DNA of 64,000 nt from Eledone cirrhosa (GCA_964016885.1 OZ024742.1:159712001-159776000); one strand, 5' to 3'. Numbered from the stretch's first letter, positions 1 through 14,882 are shown. Made by a program: numbers and translations. The notes: generated by a model from the letters alone, not told the origin.

Positions 1-1290
1 ACTTCGTCTGCTGCCGTCAGCAGGTTTGCTTTCAGGAATTCCCACTGTTCCTCTACCTTGTACGTCTCTAATTGCTCTTCCTTACTGTCGAAAGCATCAA
101 GTAATATGCTTTGGAATTTATTTTTGGCTGTGGGGTCCTTTAGCTTCCATATTTTTCTCCTGAGGATAGTCCTCTTCTGTTGTCTAGTACGTCTCGTCCT
201 GACTATTAGGTCGCTAATTATCAGTCTATGTTGGGAGGTGCATTCTTCATGGGGGAGGGATTTAGTGTTTACGACAGTCACTTTGTCACGTCTTCTGGTA
301 AGGATATAATCTACCTGGCTGGTATGTTCCCCTGATCTGTAGGTGATCAAGTGATTGTCTCGTTTTTGAAGTTAGTGTTGCAGATAGTTAGGTTATTTGC
401 GTCACAGAATTCCAGGATTCTGGAGCCTTCCTCATTTCTAGTACCAAACCCATAGCCACCATGGATTTCGTCGTAGCCGTCACAATGTTGTCCAACGTGA
501 CCGTTTAGGTCGCCTGCAATAATTATATAGTCACTGTCGGTTATTTGGGAGGTAGTGAGCATCAGTGTCTCATAGAATCTGTCTTTTATAGTGCTGGGCA
601 GTCCGGATTGGGGTGCGTACGCGGATATTACTGTCACCGTAGTTCTATTGAGGACAAGTCTTATTTTAATTATTCTGTTGTTCACTCTATTTACGTCTAT
701 TATCTTATCTGCCCACTTTTCTGCTACCATGATTCCTACTCCACCCAGCCCATTGTCGTTTACCACCCAGAAAAGCTTATAACATCGTTTTCTACCCACA
801 ATGAATCTAGCAGATCCACCCCTCCACCTGGTCTCTTGAATACAACAAACATCGACCTCCTTACGTTCAAGCATTTCTACAACCTCGTTAGAGCAACCCT
901 TTAAGGTGCCTACATTCAAGGTACCAAATCTGAAGTTTTGGATTGCGTTTGGGGGGTGGGAAAGGTGGGGAGCGGGGGGAGATGGGGTTATGTTAGCCAT
1001 CCGCGGCCGAAACAAAGAGGCATGCTCGCATTCTCGTCCACGAGGTGTGTTTGTCTTTAACTTTGGCATTGTCGCTGAGCGTCCAGATTTTTCTCTCTTC
1101 AACTCTCCGGAACTCCGTAGTCCTTCCATCCTACATATCGAAGGCGACCAGGTAAGCGATAGTATAGGCCTCTGGCTTATGATTGGTCCACGTAATAATA
1201 ATGGTGGTGCGTGGGGGCGGGAAGGAGGGGTGTTGAGTTGTTAGCGAGAAGGATAGGTTTAAGTGAGATCCCCGTATTTAACGAACGTAA
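1..1290 (-). mobile_element. RTE-clade LINE, 5' part (5'UTR + APE endonuclease), runs off the window start
   Basis: ORF 347..1129(-) has APE motifs GTLNVGTL, CCIQETRW, SAYAPQ, AGDLNGHVG. It is nearly identical to 21606-22390(+). Frameshift near 362. The 5' boundary is approximate. Confidence 0.9.
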
Positions 1291-1699
1291 ACAAAAATAC
1301 AAAAACTTCCGTATTTTACAAGCATGACAGAAATACAAGAGATTTGTTTTGGAAAATACAGGGGGAAATAGGATGGATGGATGGCTAGTGAGACAAGAAT
1401 TGGAAAGAGGATAGAAAAAATGCTATTGGAAGGACTAAAAATGCTATTGGAAGGACTATGGAATTAGGCGGATGTTAGAAAAGGTAGAAAAATGAGTACA
1501 TTACATTATACCATGAATGAAATTCAGCCACAAGTTTGGCGAAAGTGAATTACTTTGTCTTATATATGTATATGGGTAGAGAGAGAGGGGGGTGGGTAAT
1601 TTGACCGCATGTTGTAGAGTGTGGTGGAGGGGGAGAAGTTGGTGTTAGGAAGGGCATCCAGCTGTAGAAATCTAGCCAAAATCAGTTCCTGTATGAGCA

Positions 1700-2150
1700 A
1701 GACAAGTGGTATTTGAACTCAGAATGTAAAGAGCTGGAACAAATACTGCAAAGCATTCAGTCAGTTACCCTAAGGACTCTGCCAGTCCATCACCCTTGAC
1801 TGGTACTTTATTCATTGACACCAGAAGGATGAAAAGCAAAATTGACTTCTGCAGGATTTGAACTCAGAACACAAGAAACCAGAAGAAATACTGCCGGACA
1901 TTTCAGTCAATGCTCTACCTGGTGAAAAATACATAGCAAAACAATTGAATAAATATTGATTTCTAATTTAGGCTCAAGGCCAAAAAATTGGGCGAAGGGC
2001 AAAATTGATTAAATCAACCTCAGTATTTGAGTTACACGTTATTTTATCAATCCTATAATGATGAAAAGCAAAGTTGACCCCTGTGGGATTTGAACTCAGT
2101 ATGGGAAGAGCCGAAACAATGCTGCAATTCATTTGGTCCAGCACTCTACC
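1700..2150 (-). mobile_element. Cluster of degenerate tRNA-derived SINE copies (family 2)
   Basis: Repeated GGATTTGAACTCAG (reverse B box) and ATGAAAAGCAAA motifs matching the cleaner copy at 14883-15070. Confidence 0.6.
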
Positions 2151-2225
2151 GGGTCACAAATCATTTCGTTCAGCACTCAGCCTCGTAAAAAAAGAAAGCA
2201 AAACGATTGAATAAATATTATAAAG

Positions 2226-4545
2226 AAGTGTACTTTGCAAGAAGGGAAGCAGGGGATAGAAAGTTCAAGCATGTTCTACAACGCAAGCACCAAAAACGTG
2301 AGGTGTTCAGGATTGCAGGACAATGTGTCAAGGAAAACCGTGATATTGTAGGGGAGAAGTGTGTCCGTAATGGTGATGGTGTACTTACCCTCACTGATAC
2401 TGATAAGAAGGTAGCTTGGAAGTGTCACTACGAGAGACTACTAAATGAGGAGAATAAATGGGAAAAAGATAGTCTGCCCCAAATCGATCCAATAGAGGGA
2501 CCAGCGGTGCAAGTTAAAGGTAGTATAATAAGTAAGGCAATCAAAGATATGAAGACAGGCAAGGCAGCTGGGCCTTCGGAGATAGTTGCTGAGATGCTGA
2601 AAACATCTGGAATGGTGGGACATACTATGGTTACTCGGATAGTAAACCAAGTAATACAGAATGGGGTTATACCAAATGACTGGCGTAGCAGCAGCATCAT
2701 TAACTGCTACAAGGGTAAAGGAGATGTTCTAGATAGGGGAATGTATAGAGGCATTAAGTTAGTTGACCAGGTCATGAAGATCACAGAAAAAGTTATTGCA
2801 CAACTAATCAGAGAGCAAATTGATCTATATGAAATGCAGTTTGGGTTTGTGTCAGGTAAAAGTACCACAGACACTCTTTTCCTTGTATGACAACTACAGG
2901 AGAAGTACCTAGCTAGTAGTAAACCCCTCTACTTAGCTTTTGTTGACTTAGAAAAAGCCTTTGACAGAGTCCCCCGCTCCATTATCTGGTGAGCTCTAAG
3001 AAAACTAGATGTAGATGAATGGCTTGTGAGAGCTATACAAGCCATGTATAAAGAAACAGTCAGCAAGGTTAGAATTAACAATGAATATAGTGAAGAATTT
3101 AGTGTAAAAGTTGGTGTTCAACAAGGCTCTGTCCTTAACCCCCTCCTATTTATTATTGCCCTTCAGGCTATAACAGAGGATTTCAACACCGGCCGCCCAT
3201 GGGAACTTCTATACACAGATGATCTAACTCCCATATCTGAATCTATGGCTGAACTAGAGAAGAAATTCCAAACATTGGAAGCATGGCCTAGAATCAAAAG
3301 GCCTTAAAGTTAACTTGTCTAAGACTAAAGTTCTAGTATGTAGAAAGGAAAATAGGGCACAGGTACCCTCTGGGAAATAGCCATGCTCTGTGTAGGAAAG
3401 GAGTAGGTGGAAATTCCATTTGATGTCCCAAATGCAAACTATGGGTACATAAAAGATGTAGTGGGATCACAGGTTAGCTATCTAAGAACGTAGATTTTAT
3501 ATGTGGCCGATGCTCTGGTGCAATAAGTAGCAATTGACCACAGGATACTAGCTCTTTCTATTGCCCAGATGGTTCTATAGAAATAGTGGACACTTTCCAT
3601 TACCTGGGTGACAAAATCAGCAGTGGTGGAGGGTGCTCTGAAAGTACAGTAACCAGAGTCAGAACGGGATAGAAAAAGTTCAGAGAGCTTATACCGCTGT
3701 TGGCTAAAAAAGGTTTCTCTCTAAAAATGAAAGGCAGATTGTATGATGCCTGTATACGAACAGCAATGTTACATAGCAGTGAGACATGGGCATTGTTTGC
3801 AGAGGACCTGCCAGACTGGAAAGGAACGAAGCATGCATGCTCTGTTGGATGTGTAATAGTAATATACGTGAACGGCAAAATATAAATGAACTAAATGAGA
3901 AATTAGGAATAAGAGGAATCTTATTCTCTTGTGAGAAGACTATGTTGGTATGGTCACGTGATGCGCATGAAAGACGACAGCTGGAAGTTATGGAGTAGGT
4001 AGACCCAGAAAACCCTAGGACGATTTGATAAATTCTGACCTTACACACTTGCACCTCTCTAAGACAATGTCACTGGACCGAGATCTTTGATGCCATGCAG
4101 TAATACAGAAGACTCGCTTTGCCTATGTACAAAGCGAAACCTACAGTCAGTAGGCACCTCTTAACCAAATATACACCCCAACCTACTACTCCTACTACAT
4201 CCTTCCACTCCCACCAACACCACCCTTTCTCTGTAAAGTTATGTTGGTACCACAACATCCAGTGCAAAATAAATGAGGTCGTGTAGGTGTCACGACAAAA
4301 AAACACACAGTCCACGCAGTAATGTGGCCATGTAGGTGACACGGTAAAAACCTCCCAGTCCACACTGTAAACGTGGTTGGTGTTAGGAAGGGCATCCAGC
4401 CATAGAAAACCTGCCAGATAGTACTATACGAGCGAGACACGGTCACCCGACCAGTCTTGCCTCAAGTGGGACAATTCCCGTCTAACCCATGCTAGCGTGG
4501 AAGATAGACATTAAACGATGATGATGATGATGATGATGATGATGA
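2226..4545 (+). mobile_element. Degenerate 5'-truncated RTE LINE (RT + 3'UTR + (GAT)n tail)
   Basis: ORF pieces 2207..2890, 3026..3307 and 3700..3998 are collinear with the 21606-24488 ORF but carry stops and frameshifts. Same 3'UTR and (GAT)n tail. Confidence 0.92.
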
Positions 4546-6219
4546 GATCATTATGACATTAGATAGTAACAGCTTGAACAATAATTAATGAGATAAAAAG
4601 TTTATAGATCTTCAATAGATGGACCTACGGGGTGTATCAGTACATCAATCATCAATATTTATTCAGCCTTCTAGCAAGTATAATTGATTGAGTCAGCAAC
4701 TTCATTTTTCCATCGAATATAGATTCATCTATGGGCATTTAATATTCTTGTTGACTTCATCATCATCATCATTGCTTAATGTCCATTTTTCCATGCTAGC
4801 ATGGGTTAGATGAGTTGTCCTGTTGTGGGATAGGCCAGGTCAAGTGACCTTGTCTTGCTCATACAGAACTGATTTTGGCTTGGTTTCTACAGTTGGATGC
4901 CCTTTTTAATGCCAACCTCATTTACAGTGAGTACTGGGTGCTTTTTGTTGTGACACCTACACAACCACTTTACAGTGTGGGCTGGGGACTTTGGCAGGAG
5001 AGGTGTGTGGAGATTGGGGAGGTGGGTATATGGGCGTGTGAGAGGGGCAAAGTGTTAGGACGTGGGAGGTGATTGGAAGGCGGGGGAGGGGGTGTTAGAG
5101 GTGAAGGTGGTGCACTCTTGAGACACAGATTAGTGGTTTAACTCTTTTGATACCAAATCACCTGAAACCAACCTTGTTTCTATCATACAAAGCTGTTTGT
5201 TTTAAAATGTTTATCATCATTGTTTTTACGTCTGCTTTTCCATGTTGGCATGATTTGTACAATGTTTTACAGCTGGATATCCTTCCTGATTTCGACTCTT
5301 TGGTTGTCTCTTATGACATGCAGGGATACAGTGTACCTATTCTAAAAACCAGGATACACATGACAAATGTTTATATTTATCTAAAAATCTTCTATCATAA
5401 TTTTATGGAAGAAACTTTATTGTGTTCCAAAAACCAGCTTAATAATGAGAAAGTTAGTTATAAATATCTCCAAATTCATGATTATTTTCAAAAATATTAA
5501 AAAATCTTAGATAGTTTTTTTCAATAGAAATACAGTAAACAAAGAGTTAAGTTATGGATTTATGTCCCAAACAGGGTAGTGGATTGTTTCCTTGAACAAG
5601 GTACTTCATGTTCCTGTTTAAGTAGTTGAAAATGTGTACCAGCAGCAACCAGAGGTCAGCATGCCATCCAGGATGGCGGCAGGGGAGGGGTCTTATAGTC
5701 TCAGTCATGTAATGACACATGAAAGAAGGATAGGCTCCTGTCTGATGAGGCTCTAGGCTCAAGGAAGACTTTTATTGACTTCAGGAAAGTGTCTCTGAAA
5801 GATCGAATTGATTGCAGAGTTTAGAACTCACTGCTGCCAATCAGATACCATCTAGAACTTGTGTACCTTTCGCAGAATTTACTCTGTTGCAAGTATTTGG
5901 ATCAGGTCTCATTAAAAATATAATAATGAAAGAGTTATTATTGACAATTGCTGCATGGAAACAATTTCATTGCAACTGCAGTGGAACTTTTTCAGTGACT
6001 TTGTCAAACATTTACAGTGAAAATTTGAGCACCAAGAAATAAGTAACATATATAAAGTAAAGTTAACAGTTTTTGTGTGTTTTTAAATGGCTAAAATGAC
6101 CCTGTAGTATTTGTTTTAATTTTAACACCAAGTTTTAGATCAAGTCGTTTGCCAATTGAATGCTACTCCAAAGCTACTATAGATTTTTATGAAAAATCTA
6201 CAAGTTATATTATAGTTAA

Positions 6220-6340
6220 CAGTGGAGACTTCTGATATCCTTGGCCATAGGGCCACCTTTCTACTCACCACCATCGGCACAGAGTTAGTTACCCACACAT
6301 CTCCCTCACTATCCTCCAGGGAAACGCCTTCTCTATTCTG
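6220..6340 (+). mobile_element. CRE-clade retrotransposon 3' fragment
   Basis: Translates VETSDILGHRATFLLTTIGTEL, homologous to VETSGVLGPRATSLLTTIGAEL at 50421..50660(-). Confidence 0.65.
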
Positions 6341-9300
6341 TCCGCCAGGGCCCTGGGGTGGCTAGCGCGTGGGCCTCCAATTGCTCATAATAGTGAGAAA
6401 TGGGGAGAGACAGTGACAGTAGGAGTTTGGTTCTTTTGTGTTCGGACTTGTTGTATATGTAAGTTTCTGATAGGACAAACACCATTGCTACTATCAACAA
6501 AAGAAATAGTAGCACCACTCTAATAGCACCATCACTATTAACAATCATATAGACTCTGTCTTCTTGCTAAAAATATGTCTGCATTTGTTTTTAAAAACAG
6601 ATGAACAAAATGTTAATATGCTGACTGTACTGATTGTATATCCTCATTAGATAAGACATGTTGTTAATTAGATCAACACAGATTTGTTTGATGTTTTATA
6701 TTTAACTATTAGTGCCGACTTCCACATGATAGTTTAACCTTTATTAAACCACATTTTTATTGAAATATGTTATTATTTTCTTTTATTCTCTCACTGATTT
6801 CAGCCAGTAGGTTGTGGCCATACTTTATGAAAAATATATTAAGATAGAGTGAAATATAGGACAAATAACATTTTAATAAGTGAGACACCACACCTTGTAT
6901 ATCCTTATTAGATAAGAGAACATATATTGTTGTTAACTCTTAATGTCCTGTAAACAATAAAACTACACTAGTGAAACATTGTTGAAAACTATAAAACAAT
7001 TCTATGACTGCATTACATTAAAGTGTAAAGTCTTTACTACTGGACAGATCATAGTAAAAAAATTGCTGTAAACGAAAGTAAAGATCATCATCATCATCAT
7101 CATCGTTTAAAGTCTATCTTCCACACTAGGATGGGTTACACGGGAATTGTCCCACGCGAGGCAAGATTGGTTGGGTGACCATGTCTCGCTCGTATAGGAC
7201 CATCTGGCAGGTTTTCTACAGCTGGATGCACTTCCTAACACCAACCACATTTACAGTGTATTGGATATATTTGAATTAACAGACAAGTTTTAAGATATTT
7301 TTTGATTAATCATTACAGGAAGTTAAAAGGTAATTCGATAATCATAATCTCTTGATGTCATACCATTTCTTAATCCATTAGTGCTGACTTTCACTAGATA
7401 GTTGAACCCTTCTATGAACATATTTCTATTGAAATATATTGTTAGTTTTATAAATATGTATTTAAAAATTTGGAAGGATTTAGTAAAATGACATTCTCAT
7501 TATTAAAATGGCTTGGGTGTATTGGAAGAGCATTGGATAAAATGCTTTGCAACATCCTCTGTTTAAATCTCTTTGGGGTCATCTTTGCATTTCATCCTTC
7601 CAGGATCGATAAAATAAAGTACTAATAAAGAATTGGGATCGATATAAACAACATTCCTCTTCCCTTAAATTTGCTGGTCTTGTGCTAATGTTAGAAAGAA
7701 TTATTAAGATGATGTGAAGGCAGTCAAACACCAGAATTATTCTAGCATTGAACAAAGTGTTTTGCAGTATTTGTTCCAACTCTTTACATTCTGGGTTCAA
7801 ACCCTATTGAAGTTAACTTTGCCTTTCATCCTTCTGAGGTCAGTAAAATAAAGTACATCAAATAAATATAGTTTAAAACTGGTGGATTGGCAGGAGTGTG
7901 AGTTTTGGGGGAAAAAATCATATGCCTTGTATTTGTTCTGGCTCTTTATGTTCTGAGTTCAAATCTCAATGATCTCTGTTTTGCCTTTCATTCTTCCTGT
8001 CAAGTACTGGGATTAATTTAATTGACTAGCCCTGATATCAACAGCTTCATGTTTGGTTGTTTCTGTAAGGTATATTAGAGAATGATCAGGTTAATACAGT
8101 TAAGTTAATGAGTTAGTATTTTTGATGTGAGTAAGCAGTTGGATGGGATGGGCAGCAATGGAAAAGAAAGTGTGTATCTGTGCATGTTGGACCTTCTTTG
8201 GTTCTGAAAATGAAAGTTCCAGTTGTTCAAACAGCAGAGCAATTTCATAAAAAGAATGTGCAATTGGTTGAGCAATCCACAGACATGGGCAACCTTAAAA
8301 GTAGTTCTCAGGAAGATTCAACATGGCACAGTGTGACTCTTTAATTTACATGTGCAGCTCATTTTTGCCAGCTGAATGAACTAGAGCAAATAAAATAAAA
8401 ATGTCATGCTTGAAGACACAATGTGCCACCCTTGTTCAGGAATTGAACTCACAACTTTACAATTGTGAGTCCAGCATCCTAACCACTAAGACACCTGCCT
8501 CCACACAAGAGAAAATATAATAATGTTGACAAAATATGATATTGCTTTTAATGTGGAAGGCAAAGCATAGATTAGCTGACAGAGAGGCTGGATATAAGAA
8601 GAATCAGATGTAGTGTTCCAGAGAAAAGTCTGCAATAGTAGGGCCATGTAATGCATATGGATGATGATCCCAGTGGAAGGGAGTTACAGTAGAGTAAGAC
8701 CAAGGCAGACCTGGCTAGAAGTTGTCAAAGCTGATCTTAAATCAATGACTCTCACAGCTGCGTTGACAAAGGACTGAGACAAATTGAGAGATGCTGTGCT
8801 GGAAAGCATCCATCCAACGTATGTAAGCATGGAAAAACATGCGTAAAATAGTGATGATAATGATAATGATGATGATGATGAAACTTGAAGTTCATGTGAC
8901 TTCATTTCCTTTTGTTTCTGTCTTTCAGTATATATATGTTGTATTTTGAGTTAAACCCTGTCTCAATATAGCTATTGTACACACATGGTTGTAGCTACTG
9001 TTTTGTATTTCAAATACAAAAGTATATGAATTAATGTATATATGTATGTATGAATGAATGTATATATGTATGTTGACATACGCACACACAAATGTTTACA
9101 AAACATTTTATCATTAAAGAATTAGAATTAACATTCTTATCATTTTAAAAATACATTTTATCATACTAAGGATTTCTTTCATTTCTACATGTGTGTGCGC
9201 TTGTGAGTGTGTATCACTTTCCAGAGCTTTAGCTGATTATAGTGGCATTCATTTTCTATCATTGCTACAATAACCTCAGCTTCTTGGAGGTGGTTGGTTT

Positions 9301-10303
9301 TATGCCACCTCTCCTCAGACACATACATTAACCATTATGTCCAGTCCTTCCTGCTCAGAACATCAGCCTGCTGGAATTTCATCCCTGTCTGTGTTATTTC
9401 TACCAGAGTCAACTTACTAATGGAACAACAATTATTTCAATCTTTGCAGTCTTAGAGGGCCTGCAGAAACTATGGACACCTCATCTTCCTTCAGTTTTGG
9501 CAAAAATAAAAAAAATAAAAAACGAAAAAAAAGCCTCTTAAGAGAAGAAAAGCAAATTTTGTCTGAACATCATCATCATCATCATCATCATCATCATTTA
9601 ATGTTCATGTTCCATGCTACCATGGGTAAGGGTCATAAAAACAAATTTGACTCGAACATAAGGGGCATAATCTATGACTGAAGTTGAACAGATATACTGA
9701 TTTCCCTATTCCTAGTCGATGTACATATGGCCTCCAGGTTATTTTTTACTATCAAATTACACTTCCAAGGTTTTGGTTGATCTGGTATAATGGTAGAAAA
9801 CACTTGCCTAATATGTAACTCCATGGGATCAAACCTTGAACCACATAGTTAGGGAGTGAATGTCTTAAACACACAGCATTGTCTGAGCCCTATAATTTGT
9901 AAATGGGCTTCCAACAGCTTAGACAATGGGTGTTCAATAAACAGCACAGCCTGCTTGTGAAATTAAGAGGCAAGTGGCTGAATATTTTACAGACTTGTAA
10001 ATCTTAATATAATTCTCAGGAAGGTTTGGCATGACACAGTGTATAACAAGGCTGACCCTTGGAATTATTGTTGCAATCCATCTGACAGTTTCTGTCTACA
10101 CAAGTTCACCCACATGGCTTGGGTCAACTTGTGGCTATAGGTAAATGACACTTACCCAAGATGCCATACAGTGGGATCAAACTCTGAAACTTTTTGCAAA
10201 GCAAATCTCTTAACTATTTGGCCATACTATGTGCAGGCCATATAATTTATAAGCATTTGATGTAGGCACGGGCAACCTTTTTTGAGCAGTGGGCCACATG
10301 AGA

Positions 10304-10705
10304 TTATGGCTCATCATAAGGCAGGTTTCTTCTGTCTCCTTGGAACTGATCCTGCTGGATGTTATCCAACCATCTTGCTCGGGGTCTTCCCCTAGGTCTC
10401 TTGCTAGTTGGTTTTGTACATAAAATCTGTCCAGCGATACTTTCCTGAGACATTATAACTACATGCCCATAGTATCGGAGCTGTGATCTCTCGATTTGGA
10501 GAAGTAACAGCTCTATCTGGAATGACTCTATGACCTCCAAGCTACGCACTTTATCGAGTAACATTACTCCAAAGACCCTTCGGAGGAATCCCATTTCGGC
10601 TGCTTGTATTCACGATCATATTCTTTCGGTCATTAACCAAGATTCATGACCATAGGTAAGTGTTGGCACGCAAACTGACTTGAAGATAATGAGTTTGACT
10701 TTTAC
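10304..10705 (-). mobile_element. RTE-like LINE C-terminal fragment
   Basis: IERSQLRYYGHV...KRPRGRPRARWLD is the typical RTE ORF C-terminus. Confidence 0.75.
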
Positions 10706-10946
10706 GATGACCTCCCTTACTGATTACTGAACTACATAAAAAGTTCAAGGCTATTATTTATGAGGCATGCCATTCAGAAAGTCAAATGGGACACAGATCG
10801 CTCATGACTGGTTTAATGCATTCTATTTTATACTTTTGCATTCTATATACACATGTTCAATAGTATTTTATTTGAATATAAATGATATCTTATTTTATTC
10901 TTACTTAAAAGGACCTGAGGAAATCTGACACCATCAAAGCTCCAGT

Positions 10947-11154
10947 ATGCTGCTGCCAATTTTACCTGTGTTAGCAGCTGCTTTGACTTGTGTAATACCA
11001 GCCTTTGGTCAGCTAACATGTCAGTCACAGATTCTACACAACAGCACTGTAGATATTGACAAATATCTAAATAAGGATCTTCACATTATAGCCACATTTA
11101 CCTCGCCACCTCCAGATGCAGTTTCTGACTGCACACTTCAATGCTGTAATCAAG
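10947..11154 (+). CDS. MANSC-domain type I membrane protein (MANSC1/C11orf24-like), coding exon 1: signal peptide + MANSC N-half
   Basis: ATG at 10947, hydrophobic leader MLLPILPVLAAALTCVIPAFG, ends DCTLQCCNQ with phase-1 donor CAAG|GTATGT. Candidate upstream acceptor at 10911. Confidence 0.85.
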
Positions 11155-12883
11155 GTATGTAGTTTTTAACTGATTTGCATTTTTCGTTTTCTGTTGTTAT
11201 ATTTTTGTTTATTGTTTATCTATATTCCTACATTATTTTGGATTACAATATAAAATTACCACACTCTCATACACACACATACATACATATACATGCATGC
11301 ATACATACATACATACATACATGATGATGGCTGCCCCCTCGTTATCTAGTATGGCCATTGCATGATATACCATTATTAATAATTATTAATTAATTCTATC
11401 GTGCAATGCCTGTGCGTGAAGATATTTTTTTAAAGTGAAGAAAAACTGTGCACTGAGCCAATCCCACTCTCTGAGCAACAGTAGCTATAACCCCAAAAGA
11501 AGAAAAGATCAACATCATCGGTAACTACTGAGCTGCAGGTTTTATATCAGAGTTATCCCAGTTTCCTGAGTTGCCTTCTGCTAGAAGAATGCCCTGACAA
11601 AGGCTAGGAGTCCTTCACTCCCAGTGGTTTAACTGCGCGATCGGGTGTCCAGCCCGACTATTTCTATGTCCCCGTGCATATACATACATATGTACATGTG
11701 TATATACGTATTTACACACTTTTGGATGGCCGTTGATGCTTATGAGTTCTTCCGCCCTTTGTCAGGTTTTGTTTTTTGTCCTGCAGGGTGTCCAAAATCA
11801 CCCTCCTCACCAAGTAAACTTGATGGGGTTGCTGGTTTAGTCGCCGACGACCCGACCATACGACAGGTTGTACTGGGTTACATGTTACCAGTAGCACTCA
11901 AGAGTGACCCGACATACATGCATATATACATAGGTGGATAGATGGATCGAACTTGATTTTGAGTAATGACATTACTTGATACTTAAGCATGAGCATCACA
12001 GACTTGGCTTTTTAGTCTTGCTAGAGACTTGCCTCTGGTCAGCCATGCCATGCATTGCAAAAAGATGTCACATATCAAGTGGTGCCTGTACTTGAATCTT
12101 TTTTAAGTGAGGAAAGGCTTTGCATGGGGCCAATCCCACTCTCTGGATATCGATTGCATTTACCAAAAAAGTAGAACTGGTCTACATCATTGGATGCAAA
12201 GGAAATTGCAGGTTTTATGTCAGAGTGTCCTTCTAGAGAGATGTCTTAATGAAGACATCTCTCTAGGAGAAGGTCACTCTACAAAAAAAAAAAACATATA
12301 TACATGAATATGTAATGGTCGTCAACTCATCAGACAAGTAAGAACAACACTGACAAATGATATATCTCTATCAAAGGTTGTGCCCCCTGCAGTGGCTTTT
12401 AAAGCTTGCTAGGGACTTGCATGTTTTGTTGTATCAAATACATTGGAATTTCCTCTTTCCATCATTCTGCCCTTCAATCTGATCCAGACCATGATTATGT
12501 ATTTTTGTGTACCTTGTCAATCAATAGGTTGCTCTGCTTGCATGGATTCTTGTGACTCTCTGTCACCATCCAATTCTATTGTTCATCATATTTGGTAGGT
12601 CAGAAGAATTGCAGTTTATGCCATCACAAATCTTCTTGATATACTGTATATACTCAGATATAAGCTGAGGATGTGACCAAAAAATCGATGGTAAAATATC
12701 AAGTTGGATTATATTTGGAATCAATATTTTGACGATTTTCACCAATTTCAAATTCTACATAAATAAGAGGCTAAAATATCTGGAGTGGTTATTTTACAAT
12801 GAAACACTGTTTTTCTACATTGACTACATCATTCTTGGTGTTATGCATTCCTTGAAAATATTTCTGACAGATTTTTATAATTT

Positions 12884-13219
12884 CATCATCATCATCATTT
12901 TACGTCCACTTTTCCCTGCTTGCAAGGGTGGGACGGGAACTGATTCTGGCTTGATTTCTACAGCTGGATGCCCTTCCTAACACCAACCTCATTTACAGTG
13001 AGTGCTGGGTGGTTTTTGCTGTGGCACCTACACGACCACTTTGCAGTGGAATGATAGGGACCCCAGTCCCTATCATCTCATTTCTACAGCTGAGTAAACT
13101 GGAGCAATGTGAAATAAAGTGTCTTGATCAAGGAAACAACACATCACCCGGTCTGAGAATTGAACTCACAACCTTTCGATTGCAAGGCCAATGCTCTAAC
13201 CACTAAGCCATGTGCCTCC
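12884..13219 (-). mobile_element. tRNA-derived CORE-type SINE with RTE tail (family 1)
   Basis: Reverse complement of the 24939-25378 copy: A box TGGCTTAGTGG, B box GAGTTCAATTC, (GAT)n tail. Confidence 0.8.
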
Positions 13220-13749
13220 ATTTAAACTTTTTAATACATAAATATCCCATACACATATATGCATGCACACAGGTATACCTACATACATACAGACATTGAG
13301 GTTTTTCTCTGACAATATTTTTCTTTCAAGCTTACTTCTGATTTTATTTTATTGCCCTCACTCTCTCCCTCTTTTTTCTCTCTCTCCCTCCACTCACTCT
13401 TGCTTGCTGTCTCTCCCTCCTCCTACACTATGAATCCCTATACAAATTTCTCTTATTCAATCTTTTCATTTCAAAGTACTCCTAGCATTCGAGTGGCTGG
13501 AAGTAAACAAAAATTCAAGAAACTTATTGCAATTTAACATAATGGAAACTCATTACCTAATGGAATTGTGAAACAAAAACTATATTCTAAGTGACACTTA
13601 AAGTATTTTAAACATCAAAATATTAAAACTTCATAAATATATTTCAAACTCAAGTGCCATCTTTCAAAACAATGCCATCTAAACAATGTGTTAATTAGCT
13701 GTCTCAGCTTATAAACAGGTTTTGGATTTTTGCCTGTTTTTCAGACATA

Positions 13750-14785
13750 AAACAGTGGTGTTTATATTCAAATATATGTGGTAGGTCTTCACTTGTCGGC
13801 TCTGCTAGTTCTTCCCTGTGTAGACTCCCACAAAAGAACTTCACTAACTATTTCGTTTCTAGCTCTCCAGCAATGCCCTGCCAATCTGATTCTATGCTCT
13901 TTGATGGTGCTGATACTGGAGGAAGATTCCCATACAATCTCTTATTTGTTAGACAATCTCTCCAAATGACATTCAAAACCACTCTTAGAATGTAGGCTAG
14001 GCTCCATCCAATCTTCTTTCCAGTAAGGGTCTATACTGAGCAGCCATACAATAGGACAGAATTAACAGTTGCTTGAAAGAGACTCTTCATGTTGTCTGGA
14101 AGTCTAGATTTCCCACTAGAGATAATTTGTTGATGGCACCCCAGGCCTTACCAGTGTATGTGTTTACATCACTTGCATAGCTAGAGACTTTACTACCAAG
14201 ATGAGAGGTATGCTGGCTACAGTTGAGAGGTATGCTGGCTACTGTTTTGATTGTTCCATTTTGATTTAAGCTTGTGTATTCTGTTTTGTCTGACTTAACA
14301 TGGAGAATGATACCTTCGGCTGAGTGTTCAAGACTATGGAGAAGGGTTTTTATTTGGCTTATAAGTCATCAGCATAATCTGCATCTGTGATTTTTATGGC
14401 AAGATATCTATTACTTCTTTGTGGATGTAGTGTAAATCCATTGTATTTAATGGTATCGACAGAAGTTCTGAGAACATAATCCAAGCAAATAATGAAGATA
14501 TAGGGTGCTAAAGTGTCACCTTGTAGCATTCTTGCAACAATTTCAAAGAAAACTGTATCGCCATCTGGAGATTGTACCATTGAATATGTGTTTTTGTAGA
14601 GCATCATAATGGTTTTTACTGTTTCATTTGGTATTCCATAGGATAACAGTATTTCTTCCATTTCACTTCTTTGATTTAAATCAAATACTTTGGAGAAATC
14701 AACAAATAACAGAACATCATTTAGATTTTTAGCTTTTATACCCTCAAGAATTCTGCAAATGGTTCAGATTTGACCAGTAGCCGCC
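13750..14785 (-). mobile_element. Degenerate RTE-like LINE RT fragment (second family)
   Basis: ORF 14359..14661(-) LQGDTLAPYIFIICLDYVLR...DADYADDL carries RT motifs QGD and YADD. Confidence 0.8.
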
Positions 14786-14882
14786 ATGTCATTACAAAAT
14801 AATTTGATTATGTTAACAGTGTATTCTGGGCATCCTAACGTGACAAGGTTCTTCTATGGAGAAGTTCTGTTCACTGTATCAA

